Below are positions 46,838 to 58,100 of a stretch of DNA of 64,000 nucleotides, piece by piece; the stretch's first letter is position 1; the number at the start of each line of letters is the position of its first letter. Location: contig OZ219917.1 in the NCBI GenBank assembly GCA_964291415.2, forward strand, positions 960,001-1,024,000. Direction: 5' to 3'. Below the pieces are notes generated by a model. It had not been told where the DNA came from, ran no database searches, and worked only from the letters and a program-made list of their open reading frames with translations. The translations under genes were made by a program, and so were the position numbers. The stretch is from Alphaproteobacteria bacterium. GTDB lineage: Bacteria > Pseudomonadota > Alphaproteobacteria > SP197.

Positions 46838-48094
46838 TCACGAACGCGCGCCGTCGAGGTAATCGAAAGCGGAGAGGGCGTGGCTGCGTATGACGTGGAA
46901 GAAATCGTCGAGGGGGACGTGTTCGTCACGCTGGCCCATGCCCGTGGGGAAGGGACCGTAGACATAGGCGTTGATCCCCCGGTAGCGCCACAGCCTCGCA
47001 TCGGTTCCTCCGAGGCTGACGATGGGCTGGGGCCGATGCCCCGCCAGGGCCTCGACGTTGTCCTGGAGAATGCCGACCATGTCTCCATGGGGATCGCACC
47101 AGGAGGGACCCATGTAGTTCTGTTCCTCCATCGTGACCTGGGGCCAGCGTGCCAGAACCCCCTCCACGACACGCTGCACGGTCTCCTTGTCGCACCCGAC
47201 AGGAAGGCGGAAGTCGGCCTCGATCGTCGCGGAACCGGGAATCACGTTGACCTTGAGACCGGATTCGATGACGCCGATGTTGCAGGTGACCTTCTGGATG
47301 ATGGCATGGGCTCCCTCTCCCATGGCCCGGTCGAGCGTGTCGCGCGCATCGTCGATGGCACGGCCGATGTTGTGGGGAGGATCGACGCGGATGGCATCGA
47401 TCGCCGCCTGAAGATCCCGGCAGAAGTCCATCGCCACCAGGCTGGCGCTGTCGCCGGCATGGGTGTAGGCGCCGTGGGCACCCCTGGTCGTGACATGGAA
47501 TGTCACCCACCACGGTCCCTTCTCGGCAAAGCGGATTGAGTAGGGACTCGATGGTTCGCCGTTGAGGCAACAGTCACCGTGGACTTCCGGGTGATGTTCC
47601 ATCAGATAGCGCGCACCCCAGGGACCGAATGTCTCCTCGTCGGAGACGCACGTCAGGGTCAGGCGGCCGCCCAGATGTTCGCGGAGTCTGGAGAGGTACA
47701 TGTAGGTGAAGATCGATGCAGACGTGCCGCACTTCATGTCTGCCGAGCCGCGGCCCCACACGGCGCCGTCCTTGACGGCGCCCGACCACGGCGACCCGTG
47801 GGTCCATGGCTCGGGCGTGGCCGGAAACACGTCGATGTGACCGTTGAGCACGAGGTGGCGTCCCTCGCCGGAGCCATCGAAACTGGCGACGACATTCGGA
47901 AACATCGGTTCGGGGTCGATCACCCGGTGCGCCAGACCGTGTTCATCCAGAAACCGGCGGATGTGCGCCACCGCCTTGCGTGTATCGCCGGGTGGATTGG
48001 GCGTCGGCGTGGCGACGAAGTCGCTGAAGAAACCCTCCAGTGTCCGGCGGTCTTCCTCGATCCAGTCGAGTAGTTGCTGCTTGAGATCGGCCAT
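46838..48094 (-). CDS. M20-family metallo-amidohydrolase (ArgE/DapE-like)
   Basis: LNGHIDV, GRGSADMK, DEE, GEP, AHGA, GGTDAR, DEH. Confidence 0.85.
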   Translation of the reverse strand: MADLKQQLLDWIEEDRRTLEGFFSDFVATPTPNPPGDTRKAVAHIRRFLDEHGLAHRVIDPEPMFPNVVASFDGSGEGRHLVLNGHIDVFPATPEPWTHGSPWSGAVKDGAVWGRGSADMKCGTSASIFTYMYLSRLREHLGGRLTLTCVSDEETFGPWGARYLMEHHPEVHGDCCLNGEPSSPYSIRFAEKGPWWVTFHVTTRGAHGAYTHAGDSASLVAMDFCRDLQAAIDAIRVDPPHNIGRAIDDARDTLDRAMGEGAHAIIQKVTCNIGVIESGLKVNVIPGSATIEADFRLPVGCDKETVQRVVEGVLARWPQVTMEEQNYMGPSWCDPHGDMVGILQDNVEALAGHRPQPIVSLGGTDARLWRYRGINAYVYGPFPTGMGQRDEHVPLDDFFHVIRSHALSAFDYLDGARS

Positions 48095-49131
48095 CAGTGT
48101 CTCCGTGATGCGCTCCCGGCCGCCACTCTGGCGATGTCGAACAGCGTCCGCCGGCAGATGGTGGCGTCAGGCATGCCGGTCAGGCGGCATCGCGCCTCGG
48201 CATCGAAGAGGTGGTCGCGGGCGCGTTGAACAAGAGGCGCATTCCATCGCCGCCCCGCATCTTTCAAGGCGTCCTCGGCGCGGAAGTGGCGCACTCCCGC
48301 CGACTTCATCGCCTGGGCCTCGTTGACGCCTCGCCCCTTCAGTCCGAGGAAGAGTTCGAGCTGGGTGAGGTGGCGGCGCACGGCGCCAAGGATGGTGTCG
48401 GGCGATTCCCGGTTGGCCAGCGCCCTCTCGAGACTGCGGTCGAGGTCGTCAAGATTCCCTGACGAGACACTATGCGCAATGCGGTCAAGGGAGAGAAAGG
48501 AACTGTCGGCCACGGTGTTCTCGACGTCCCTTGCCGTCGCCCTTTGGCCAGGACCGACGTAGAGAGCAAGCTTGGCGATCTCGTTGCGGGTCTGCATCCG
48601 GTCGCCGCCAAGGCAGGATGCGAGAAGGCGTCGTGCATCGCCGTCGGCGGTGATGCCCTGCCTGGAGAGTTCGTCGGCGATAACGGCCTCGAGATCCCGC
48701 CCCTCGTCGCGATAACATGCCAGGGCGGCGGCGTCCTTCGCCTTCTCGAAGGCCGCGCGCAGCTTGGAGCGGGCGGCGAGTTCGCCGGCCTCGACAAGGA
48801 TCAGGGTATCGCCCGTCGGCAGCTTCAGCACTTCTGCCATGGTCGGGGCGAAACTGTCCGCCACACCGCGCACCCTCACGACCCTGCGGCCACCGGTCAT
48901 GGAGAGGGACACGGCTTCCTCCATGAGGCGTGCCGGGTCCTTTGCCGCCTCTTCTCCGGTGAGGTCGCAGACCCGGAAGGGGTCGCGGGGATCGTCAACC
49001 ACGCCGCCAAGCAGGAGATTGCTGCGCTCGCGGACAAGCCCCTGGTCCGGTCCGTAGATCAGCACCGCCCGGATGACATTGCCGGGAGCGCGGCAGAAAC
49101 TGTCAATCTCTCGCTTCGGAATCTTCACCAT
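48094..49131 (-). CDS. holA: DNA polymerase III delta subunit
   Basis: LIYGPDQGLVRER, DPARL..E, GGRRVVRV, SKLR..FE, CY.D, LGGDR..TRNEI.KL; follows leuS-lptE. Confidence 0.9.
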   Translation of the reverse strand: MVKIPKREIDSFCRAPGNVIRAVLIYGPDQGLVRERSNLLLGGVVDDPRDPFRVCDLTGEEAAKDPARLMEEAVSLSMTGGRRVVRVRGVADSFAPTMAEVLKLPTGDTLILVEAGELAARSKLRAAFEKAKDAAALACYRDEGRDLEAVIADELSRQGITADGDARRLLASCLGGDRMQTRNEIAKLALYVGPGQRATARDVENTVADSSFLSLDRIAHSVSSGNLDDLDRSLERALANRESPDTILGAVRRHLTQLELFLGLKGRGVNEAQAMKSAGVRHFRAEDALKDAGRRWNAPLVQRARDHLFDAEARCRLTGMPDATICRRTLFDIARVAAGSASRRH

Positions 49132-49200
49132 GGTTCAGGTGTCCGCCACCAGAGACCGACGAGTCCATCGCAAGGAGGACTGATTCACGTCGGTCATGGG

Positions 49201-49737
49201 TCAGGATCCGGCAGCCTGGTGATCACGGTCAAAGTGGAATGACAGGAGATAGGTGATGGTGTTGGCAAGGTCCCTTACCGCCTTGCGTGACGTATCTTGC
49301 CGTGCCACCTGGGAAGAATACTCGGAAACGACCACGTCGTGACTGCCGGTGGACCGTGCCGTCGACTGGTAGAGCACCTCTCCGCTCTCGAGGTCGCGCA
49401 GCGAGAACACCGCCGTCATGACAAGGTTCGACCGGGTCACGGTGTTCGAACTCTCGATGATCAGCGGCGAGAAGCGCTGGGTAAGGGTGACATCGAGAAC
49501 GAAGAGCGGGGGTTGCAGGCCGCCGCTCGTGGAGAACCGGTCAATGAGTTCGTTGCGCATGATCTGCCCGAGACGACGGTCCCGGCCATCACCGATGCGA
49601 TTGACCTGGATCGCCGCCAGCATCGCCTGGATCGATGGCGAGTCCTCACGTTCGGCCATGAGTGGCTTGAAGCCACAGGCCGGGACGAGGGCCGCCAACG
49701 GCATGCACGCGAGAAATCTGCGGCGTGAGGGATCCAT
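49201..49737 (-). CDS. lptE: LPS assembly lipoprotein
   Basis: Lipobox-like ACGFKPL; lies between leuS and holA. Confidence 0.8.
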   Translation of the reverse strand: MDPSRRRFLACMPLAALVPACGFKPLMAEREDSPSIQAMLAAIQVNRIGDGRDRRLGQIMRNELIDRFSTSGGLQPPLFVLDVTLTQRFSPLIIESSNTVTRSNLVMTAVFSLRDLESGEVLYQSTARSTGSHDVVVSEYSSQVARQDTSRKAVRDLANTITYLLSFHFDRDHQAAGS

Positions 49738-49741
49738 CCTC

Positions 49742-52300
49742 TCAGACCACGATGTTGACGACGCGGTTGGGGACCACGATCACCTTGCGGATGGGCCGGT
49801 CGCCAATGGCGCGCCTGACGTTTTCCTCGCCGAGCGCCGCCGATTCGACATTGTCATTGGCCGCATCCCGGGGCATGTCGAGCCGCGCCCTCAGCCTGCC
49901 GTTGACCTGGACGGGGATGGTCACCGTTTCCGTGGTGGCGAGATCCGGATCGGCCTCGGGCCAGGGCGTGTCGGCGATCAGAGTGTCGTGGCCAAGGCGA
50001 TTCCACATCTCCTCGGCAAGGTGGGGCATCATCGGCCCGATCAGGCGCGCGAGCATCTCGAGAGCCTCGCGCAAGGCCGCCGACTCACCCGGCTGCGTCA
50101 CCTGGACGCCGGCAATGGCGTTGGCCAACTCGTGAATCCGCGCCACTGCCCGATTGAAGTGGAACTTTTCGATATCGCCGGTGATGCCGGCAATCGTCCT
50201 GTGGACGGCACGGCGCAGTTCGAGGACTTCCCCCTCGACCGCCGGCACCGGTGTTCCCGGTGGTGGCAGTCCGTCCAGCATCTCGCTCGTCATGCGGGCA
50301 ATGCGCTGAACGAACCGGTGGGCTCCGGCGATGCCGCTGTCTGTCCATTCGAGGCCACGGTCCGGCGGCGAATCCGACAGCATGAACCAGCGGGCCGTAT
50401 CGGCGCCGTAGTCGCGAATGATGCTCTCCGGGTCGACCACGTTCTTGCGGGACTTGGACATCTTTTCCGAACGCCCGACGGTGACGGCCTCGCCGGTCTC
50501 GCGGGAGCGCACGGCACCATCATCATCCCTGATGACTTCCCGCGGTTCGAGATACAAGCCATCCGCCAGCCGGTAGGTCTCGTGCCCCACCATGCCTTGC
50601 GTGAAGAGACCGGTGAACGGCTCGTCGAAGTCGAGATAGCCGCAGCGCCTGAGAGCACGTGTGAAGAAGCGCGAGTAGAGGAGATGCAGCACGGCATGCT
50701 CGATGCCGCCGATGTACTGGTCGACCGGCATCCAGTAGTCGATTGCGGTGCGTGAGGCCGGTGTAGCGGCATGGGGCGAGCAGAAACGCAGAAAGTACCA
50801 GCTCGAATCGACAAAGGTATCAAGGGTGTCGGTGTCGCGCATCGCCCGGGCGTGGCAGCGTGGACAGGTGACGTACTTCCAGGTGGGGTGGTGATCGAGC
50901 GGATTGCCCGGACGTCCGAGTTCGATGTCGTCGGGAAGCCGGACCGGCAGGTCGCCCTTGGGTACCGGGATCATGCCGCAGGCAGGGCAGTGGATCACCG
51001 GAATGGGACACCCCCAGTAACGCTGGCGCGACACGCCCCAGTCCCGCAGCCTGTAGTTGATCTCGCGGCGTCCGGTGCCATCCGCTTCCATTCTCGAGGC
51101 AACCGCCTCCTTGGCTTCGGCGACGGAAAGACCGTCAAGAAACGCCGAATTGGCGAGCATGCCATCGCCGATGAAGGCCTCGGACGTGACCTGGAAACCG
51201 GCGGCATCACACTCCCGGGGCACGACCACGGGGATCACGTCCAGACCATAGGCATTGGCGAACTCGAGATCGCGCTGGTCATGGGCAGGACAACCGAAAA
51301 TCGCACCCGAACCATAGTCCATCAGCACGAAATTCGCGACGAAGACGGGGAGTTCCCGGCCATCGAAGGGGTGGATTGCGACGAGGCCGGTGTCGATGCC
51401 CTGCTTGTCGGCCCGTTCAATGGCTTCCTCGCCGGTTGCCGTGCGTCGGCACTCCTCGATGAAGTCCTCCAGCCCGGGTACCGAGTGGACAAGGTCCGCA
51501 TTCCACGGGTGTTCCGGGGAAATGGCCATGAAACTGGCGCCGAAGATGGTGTCATGGCGGGTCGTGAAGACCTCAAGCCTGTCGTCGCGTCCCTTGACGG
51601 AGAACAGCATTCTGAGGCCCTCGGAGCGGCCGATCCAGTTGGACTGCATGATGCGGACCTTGTCCGGCCAGCGTTCCAGTCCCTCCAGGGCATCCGTCAG
51701 CTCGTCGGCAAACTCCGTGATTCTCAGTACCCACTGGTTGCGGCGGCGCTTTTCAACGAGGGCGCCGGATCGCCATCCCCTGCCGTCGATCACCTGCTCG
51801 TTGGCGAGAACGGTGAGATCGACCGGATCCCAGTTGACCATGGTGTCCCGGCGGTCGACGAGTCCGGCTTCGAGAAAGTCGAGAAAGAGTTCCTGCTGGT
51901 GCCGGTAGTACTCAGGGAGGCAGGTGGTGATTTCACGCGACCAGTCCAGGGACAGACCCATGGACTGAAGCTGCCGGCGCATGGTGGCGATGTTGGCAAG
52001 GGTCCACTCGCGCGGATGGACGCCTTTCTCCATGGCGGCATTTTCCGCCGGCAGGCCAAAGGCGTCCCAACCCATGGGATGCAGGACGTTGAATCCCCGG
52101 GCCCGCTTGTAGCGGGCGACGAGATCTCCCATGGCGTAGTTGCGCACATGCCCCATGTGAATGCGGCCGCTGGGATAGGGAAACATCTCGAGGACATAGG
52201 CCTTGGGACGCTCGTCATCCTCGACGGCGACAAAGGTCTGCCTTTGCTCCCAGACCTGTCGCCAGCGGGTTTCGGCCTCCTGGAAGTCGTAGATCTCCAT
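49742..52300 (-). CDS. leuS: Leucine--tRNA ligase
   Basis: [48 protein letters not shown]. Confidence 0.97.
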   Translation of the reverse strand: MEIYDFQEAETRWRQVWEQRQTFVAVEDDERPKAYVLEMFPYPSGRIHMGHVRNYAMGDLVARYKRARGFNVLHPMGWDAFGLPAENAAMEKGVHPREWTLANIATMRRQLQSMGLSLDWSREITTCLPEYYRHQQELFLDFLEAGLVDRRDTMVNWDPVDLTVLANEQVIDGRGWRSGALVEKRRRNQWVLRITEFADELTDALEGLERWPDKVRIMQSNWIGRSEGLRMLFSVKGRDDRLEVFTTRHDTIFGASFMAISPEHPWNADLVHSVPGLEDFIEECRRTATGEEAIERADKQGIDTGLVAIHPFDGRELPVFVANFVLMDYGSGAIFGCPAHDQRDLEFANAYGLDVIPVVVPRECDAAGFQVTSEAFIGDGMLANSAFLDGLSVAEAKEAVASRMEADGTGRREINYRLRDWGVSRQRYWGCPIPVIHCPACGMIPVPKGDLPVRLPDDIELGRPGNPLDHHPTWKYVTCPRCHARAMRDTDTLDTFVDSSWYFLRFCSPHAATPASRTAIDYWMPVDQYIGGIEHAVLHLLYSRFFTRALRRCGYLDFDEPFTGLFTQGMVGHETYRLADGLYLEPREVIRDDDGAVRSRETGEAVTVGRSEKMSKSRKNVVDPESIIRDYGADTARWFMLSDSPPDRGLEWTDSGIAGAHRFVQRIARMTSEMLDGLPPPGTPVPAVEGEVLELRRAVHRTIAGITGDIEKFHFNRAVARIHELANAIAGVQVTQPGESAALREALEMLARLIGPMMPHLAEEMWNRLGHDTLIADTPWPEADPDLATTETVTIPVQVNGRLRARLDMPRDAANDNVESAALGEENVRRAIGDRPIRKVIVVPNRVVNIVV

Positions 52301-52335
52301 CCCTGGCGCCCCCGGAGGGATCGTCCGTGATCCGC

Positions 52336-52893
52336 TCACTCGCCAAGCCAGGCAATGCGCAACAGCCGTGCCTGCGTCAGTATGGCGTTTTCGAGTGCTG
52401 TGGCCGTGTCTTCGGAGGTGACTGCATCCTGCCATCCGTCGGCACCCTGGACCTGCCGGTTGACGGCAACACGCAGGGCCGAGGCTGTCAGTCTGGTGTC
52501 AAGTATGTAGACCGCCACCTTGAGCCGCTCTTGCGGCGATTCGGGCGGCCTGTACCAGTCGTAGATGATGACACCGCCGAAGGGATCAGCAGAAATTGGT
52601 GGCAGGAAAGCCAGTGTGTCGAGCGAGGCGCGCCACAGGAAGGCGTTGACCCCGAGTCCCCCGCCCGGACTCTCGCTTGCGCTGCCGGACAACAGGGAAT
52701 TGAGGCCGCCGCTGCCGAAGATGGTCTCGCGATCGGGATCGTCGATGTCCGGTTCGAAGCGGCCCTGGGGCGTCGTAATGGTGTCCTCGACACCTTCGTG
52801 AGAAATGTCCGCTCCGCCGCAGGCGGCAAGGAATCCCGCCAGCAGGACAGCGCCGGCTGCAGGCAAAATGAGGCGTGTTCGGAATGTGTGCAA
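52336..52893 (-). CDS. DUF3576-family lipoprotein
   Basis: LAAC lipobox; [16 protein letters not shown]...[11 protein letters not shown]; upstream of leuS; TTG start inferred. Confidence 0.8.
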   Translation of the reverse strand: MHTFRTRLILPAAGAVLLAGFLAACGGADISHEGVEDTITTPQGRFEPDIDDPDRETIFGSGGLNSLLSGSASESPGGGLGVNAFLWRASLDTLAFLPPISADPFGGVIIYDWYRPPESPQERLKVAVYILDTRLTASALRVAVNRQVQGADGWQDAVTSEDTATALENAILTQARLLRIAWLGE

Positions 52894-52984
52894 GGTCAGG
52901 ACTGCCCTGTCGGGATGGCTGATCAGACCCTCACAGTCTGGTACGGGTACAGCTGGCGGGCAAGCAGATTCTCGTATCCGCCGG

Positions 52985-53311
52985 CTACCGCGCGCGCCAC
53001 CTGTTGGCCGCGCCCGGGTCGACCAGGTGAGCGAGATCGTCTTCCTTCTCCAGCCAGGTATCCACCGCTTGGGCGACTTGGTCGAAGCGTTCTCCCGCCC
53101 CGAGTTCCCGCGTGCGGTATTCCTCGAGACTGGAGAGGATGAGAATCTCGCGCATCGCCCGCCGCAGGACCGCCACCGGCACCGCCTCGCGTGCCGTCGC
53201 CTTCCTGATGAGGAAGCGGCTGACGGATTCACCGGCGAGGCGGGCCAGTTCCGTCACCCTTTCCCATTCCGTGTCTGACGCCTCGATGAAGCGCTGTCTG
53301 GTACCTGGCAT
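52985..53311 (-). CDS. Small ribbon-helix-helix (MobC/CopG-like) protein
   Basis: RQRFIEAS-DTEWERVTELARLAGESVSRFL fits an RHH strand-helix-G-S-S-helix pattern; helical C-terminus. Confidence 0.55.
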   Translation of the reverse strand: MPGTRQRFIEASDTEWERVTELARLAGESVSRFLIRKATAREAVPVAVLRRAMREILILSSLEEYRTRELGAGERFDQVAQAVDTWLEKEDDLAHLVDPGAANRWRAR

Positions 53312-53329
53312 CACAGGGGACCGCCTTCG

Positions 53330-53344
53330 GAACATTACCGGAAC
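53330..53344 (-). promoter_or_regulatory. Alphaproteobacterial LexA (SOS) box
   Basis: GAAC-attaccg-GAAC, 18 nt upstream of the RHH gene ATG. Confidence 0.65.
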
Positions 53345-53370
53345 AAAACATGGTGTGTCCGGCCCCAGGT

Positions 53371-54372
53371 TCAACCGTCAGAACTCTCCCGCCGTCCCAC
53401 GCGATCAGACATGAGGCAGAGCAGCTCCCACATCATCTGTGCGCCGTTGAGTGAGGTGATGGATGCGCTGTCGAAGGGGGGCGAGACCTCGACGACGTCA
53501 GCGCCGATGATGTTGATGCCCATCAGCCCGCGCAACATCTGCTGGGCTTCCCTTGTCGTGTAGCCGCCGACCTCGGGCGTGCCCGTCCCCGGTGCGTAGA
53601 CGGGGTCGAGTCCGTCGACATCGAAACTCACATAGACCGGGCCATCGCCGACAACCTCGCGCGCCCGGGCGATGACGGCCTCGATTCCCATCGCATAGAG
53701 CTCCTCGATATGAATGACCGTCATGCCACTCTCGTAGCTGAAGTCCCAAAGGACCTCCGCAGGCCCGCGGATGCCGATCTGGATGGTCCGCTTCGGGTCA
53801 AGGGCGCCGTCCTCCACGGCAACCCTGAAGGGACCGCCGTGGTGGTGCTTGTGACCGAACAGTTCAGGGCCGGTGTCACAGTGGGCGTCAAAGTGGACCA
53901 GCCCCACCGGTTGCCCGAGGGAGTGCTTCAGCGCCCGCATGATCGGCAGGGTGATGGAATGGTCTCCGCCGGCAGAGAGCGGCATCACGCCGGCCGCCGC
54001 CACGCGGTCGTAGAACGCTTCGATGTCACCCATGGCGCGTTCGAGTGCATAGACTCCCTCGATCATGACATCGCCGATATCGGCAACCCGTGCCGTGTCG
54101 TAGGGACGCACGCCGGTCTCGTGGTTGATGCGGCCCATGAGGGTGGACTGTTCACGCAGGGCCCGCGGGCCGTGGCGGGCTCCGGGACGGTTTGTCACCG
54201 CCCCGTCGAAGGGAACGCCGGCGATGCCGATGTCGATGTCGCCCCAGGTTTCGGGATCTTCCCGCAACTCCTGGCGCATGAATGTCGCCACACCGGCATA
54301 GCGGTGGCGGAAAACCGCTCCCCAGGCGAGCTTGCGAGCCTCGGGGACCCCGTCATCCGTGGTGTCACTCAT
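53371..54372 (-). CDS. speB: Agmatinase-family ureohydrolase
   Basis: GVPFD..NRPGARHGP, GGDHS, DAHCD, SFDVD.LDP..APGTGTP, VEVSP; exact substrate uncertain. Confidence 0.75.
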   Translation of the reverse strand: MSDTTDDGVPEARKLAWGAVFRHRYAGVATFMRQELREDPETWGDIDIGIAGVPFDGAVTNRPGARHGPRALREQSTLMGRINHETGVRPYDTARVADIGDVMIEGVYALERAMGDIEAFYDRVAAAGVMPLSAGGDHSITLPIMRALKHSLGQPVGLVHFDAHCDTGPELFGHKHHHGGPFRVAVEDGALDPKRTIQIGIRGPAEVLWDFSYESGMTVIHIEELYAMGIEAVIARAREVVGDGPVYVSFDVDGLDPVYAPGTGTPEVGGYTTREAQQMLRGLMGINIIGADVVEVSPPFDSASITSLNGAQMMWELLCLMSDRVGRRESSDG

Positions 54373-54457
54373 GACATTCTTCCAGTTCCACAGTCACAGC
54401 CATACTATTGACGTGGATCGGGCCTGTCGCAATCGATCAATCGCCAAGGTGATCCTC

Positions 54458-54919
54458 ATGTCGCACACCACCGCCATACCCCAGATGGGAACCTGCCTGC
54501 CTGGCATCGCCTACGAGGAACGGGCGAGCGTATACGGGCTGGCAACGGATCACGAAGGACGAATCCTCGCCTGCCGGCGGGATGGTGACCGGGTGGTGCT
54601 TCCCGGTGGCGGCCTTGAGGAGGAAGAGGGCGAGGAGGATGCGCTCTGCCGGGAAGTTGCCGAGGAAACGGGCTACCGTGTTCTCGCCGCCCGTTCGCTG
54701 TGCCGGGCATGGCAGTATCACAATCACCGCTTTGCCAAGCCGCCGGTCAACAAGCATTGCCATTTCTTCGTCATGGATGTCGCCAGCAGGCCATCGTCTC
54801 CGGCAGAAGCCGATCATGTGCCGGACTGGATTGAGCCCCGGGAACTGACTTCGTCGCTCACCTACGAGAGCCATCGCTGGGCCGTCACGGTGCTCCGCGG
54901 CATGATCACACCGCCCTGA
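54458..54919 (+). CDS. NUDIX hydrolase
   Basis: Nudix box PGGGLEEEEGEEDALCREVAEETG. Confidence 0.85.
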   Translation: MSHTTAIPQMGTCLPGIAYEERASVYGLATDHEGRILACRRDGDRVVLPGGGLEEEEGEEDALCREVAEETGYRVLAARSLCRAWQYHNHRFAKPPVNKHCHFFVMDVASRPSSPAEADHVPDWIEPRELTSSLTYESHRWAVTVLRGMITPP

Positions 54920-54962
54920 AGGCCTCCGGGATCTGATTGGCGGAACCGGTCCAGGCACGAGT

Positions 54963-55039
54963 TGGCGCACCCGGCAGGACTCGAACCTGCGACCCCAGGA
55001 TTAGGAATCCTGTGCTCTATCCAGCTGAGCTACGGGTGC
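54963..55039 (-). tRNA. tRNA-Arg (CCT)
   Basis: Reverse complement GCACCCG-TAGCTCAGCTGGATAGAGC-A-CAGGA-TT-CCT-AA-TCCTG...GTTCGAGT...CGGGTGC-G-CCA. Confidence 0.93.
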
Positions 55040-55142
55040 CGATGCCGACGTGATCTGTCTACCAGAGTGTTCGACAGCGTGCCACCGTCCGTGATTTGCT
55101 GTGACGGCGCGGGCTGATAGGCTGGCAACGAAGGGGGTCATC

Positions 55143-58100
55143 ATGCAACTGCGGGATCACCACCAGTTGACCGAACGTATTGACGAGGTGGTCCGCCTGG
55201 TCCGGAACGGTTTCGCGGAAGAAGCCGATCACGCAGCCCGATTCGCCGAGATCTTCCTGGGCGGCGTCATCTACGAAGACGTCGAAGGCATATCGACTGA
55301 GAACCTCTACGGGGAGGTCGCGTCCCTGTGGCAGTTCTTCCGCCACCGCCGCGCCGGCGGGGCGAAGGTCCGCGTGTTCGATCCGGATCCGGAGGAAGAT
55401 GGTTGGCAGTCGACTCACACGGTGATCGAGATTGTCAACGACGACATGCCCTTTCTCGTGGATTCCGTTGTCGCCGCACTCAATGTGCTCGGGATCCCGG
55501 TACTCCTGCTCATACACCCGGTGGTGCACGTCACCCGCGACGATGACGGCGTCCAGACAGGGATTGGAGACGGTCCGAGCGAATCGGTCCTGCACGTCGA
55601 AATCACCCAGCAGCCTGAGGAACGCCACCGGGAGATTGTCGAACGACTGCACCACGTCCTTGGTCAGGTGCGTGCCGCGGTCGAGGACTGGCGTCCCATG
55701 GTCGCCTGTCTGGAACGGCACATGGCGGCACTCGAGACGGCGCCCCCGTCCGTGCCTGCGGGCGAGCTCGAGGAAGGACTTGCCTTTCTGAAATGGCTGC
55801 TCGACGACCATTTCACCTTCCTTGGCTACCGGGAATACCGTTTCGATCGGCGTGACGGCAAGGTCTTTGCCCGCATCGTCGAGGGGGAGAATCGCGGTAT
55901 CCTGCGCGAGGTCACCGAGGAAAGCCGCAAGCGTCACGAACAGGCACTGCCCGAACACTTCGTGCAGTACCTGGAAAGCCCGGAGCTCTTCATCATTTCC
56001 AAGGCATGGACGCGCTCGGACGTCCACCGGCCGGTCTTCATGGACTACATCGGCCTGCGCCGCTTCGACGACTCGGGCGAGGTCGTCGGTGAGTACCGCT
56101 TCCTCGGTCTGCTGACGTCGACTGCCTACAACACGTCGCCAACCCAGATCCCCCTGTTGCGCCGGAAGGTTGCGATGGTGATGGAGCGCTCGGGAGCGAC
56201 TCCGGGCAGCCACAACGCCAAGGCCCTGGAACATATCCTCGATACGTTTCCGCGTGACGAACTGTTCCAGATCGATGTCGACGCCCTGGAGTCCTTCTCC
56301 CGGGGCATCCTCCACCTCGAGCATCGCCAGCGCATCCGTCTCTTCCTGAGACGGGATTCCTACGGCCAGTTTGTCTCCTGCCTCGTCTACATTCCCCGTG
56401 AACGCTATTCCACCGATCTGCGCCGCAGGATGGAGGCCATCCTCCTCGAGGAGCTCAACGGCAGTTCGGTGGACGTTCAGACGCAGGTCTCCGATGCACC
56501 GATGGCCCGGGCGCAGTTCATCGTCCACACCCCGGACAAGGACAGGGTGGAAGGTGAACCGGATGCCATCGAGAGGCGCCTTACCGCGGCGTCACGGACC
56601 TGGGACGACGACCTCCACGATGCGCTGACCGAGGAGTTTGGCGAGGGCCGGGGGACCGTGCTCTTCCACCGCTATCGTCCGGGAATCCCGGGCGGCTACA
56701 AGGAGATGTTCAGCACCCGCCTTGCGGTCGCCGACATCCAGCGCATGGAGGCCATGGGCGACGACGACATCGCGATGAACCTCTATCGCCGCGTCGACGC
56801 CGCCGAAGGCGATCTCCACTTCAAGGTCTATCACGGCGGGACGGCGGTGCCGCTGTCGGGGATCATGCCCATGCTCGAGCACATGGGCCTGGTGGTCATC
56901 GAGGAAGCGCCCTACGAGATTCGCCCGGACGACGGGACAGTCATCTGGATTCACGATTTCCGGGTCCAGCTCGAACACGGTTGGCGGGTCGACGTGGCGG
57001 AGGTGCGCCAGCGCTTCCACGAGACCTTTGCGCGGGTGTGGACCGGCGAGATCGAGGACGACGACTTCAACAATCTCGTGCTCGTCGGCCTCGACTGGCG
57101 GCAGGTGGTCATCCTTCGCGCCTACGCCAAGTTCCTCATGCAGATCAACGCGCCCTTCAGTCAGGCCTACGTCGAGCAGACCATGGCGGCCAATCCGGCC
57201 ATCGCGAGCCTTCTCGTTGATTTCTTCGAAACGCGATTCGACCCCGACAGGCAGGCACGGGCCCACGTGCGCGGCATCACCCTGCGCGAGCGCATTCTCG
57301 AAGCGCTCGATGGCGTCGTGTCGCTGGACCAGGACCGCATTCTGCGCCGCTATCTCAATCTGATCGAAGCCACGCTGCGCACCAACTTCTACCAGACGGA
57401 TGGCGCCGGCGCCGTCAGGTCGTGTGTTTCCTTCAAGTTCGACAGTCAGGCAATTCACGGTCTGCCGGAACCCCGGCCCTGGCGGGAGATCTTTGTCTAT
57501 TCGACCAGGGTCGAGGCGGTTCACCTGCGCGGCGGACCGGTGGCGAGAGGCGGCATTCGCTGGTCCGACCGGTTCGAGGACTTCCGCACCGAGGTCCTGG
57601 GCCTGGTGAAGGCGCAGGTGGTGAAGAATGCGGTGATCGTGCCGGTCGGGTCCAAGGGAGGCTTTGTCGTCAAGAGGCCGCCCCCCGCCAGCGCGGGTCG
57701 TGACGCCATGCAGGCCGAGGGTGTCGCCTGCTACCGGATGTTCATGGCCGCCATGCTTGATATCACCGACAACATTTCCGGTGGCCATGTTGTCACGAGG
57801 GAGCGCCTGGTCCGGCGCGACGACGATGACCCCTACCTGGTGGTTGCCGCCGACAAGGGCACGGCAACCTTCTCGGATATCGCCAATGATGTGGCCGCCG
57901 GCTATGGCCACTGGCTCGGTGACGCCTTTGCATCGGGAGGATCGGCGGGCTACGACCACAAGGCGATGGCGATCACGGCCAAGGGAGCCTGGGAGGCTGT
58001 CCGCCGGCACTTCCGCGAGATCGGCAAGGATGTCGAGTGCGAGGATTTCACGGTGATCGGCGTCGGCGACATGATGGGTGACGTGTTCGGCAACGGCATG

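Noticed and set aside
49153-49196. Imperfect inverted repeat gaccgacg...cgtcggtc between lptE and holA as a REP/MITE
   Set aside because: Only one copy seen in the window; consistent with an ordinary intercistronic hairpin.
54963-55039. tRNA-Arg as an integration site
   Set aside because: No duplicated 3' end or integrase seen near it.
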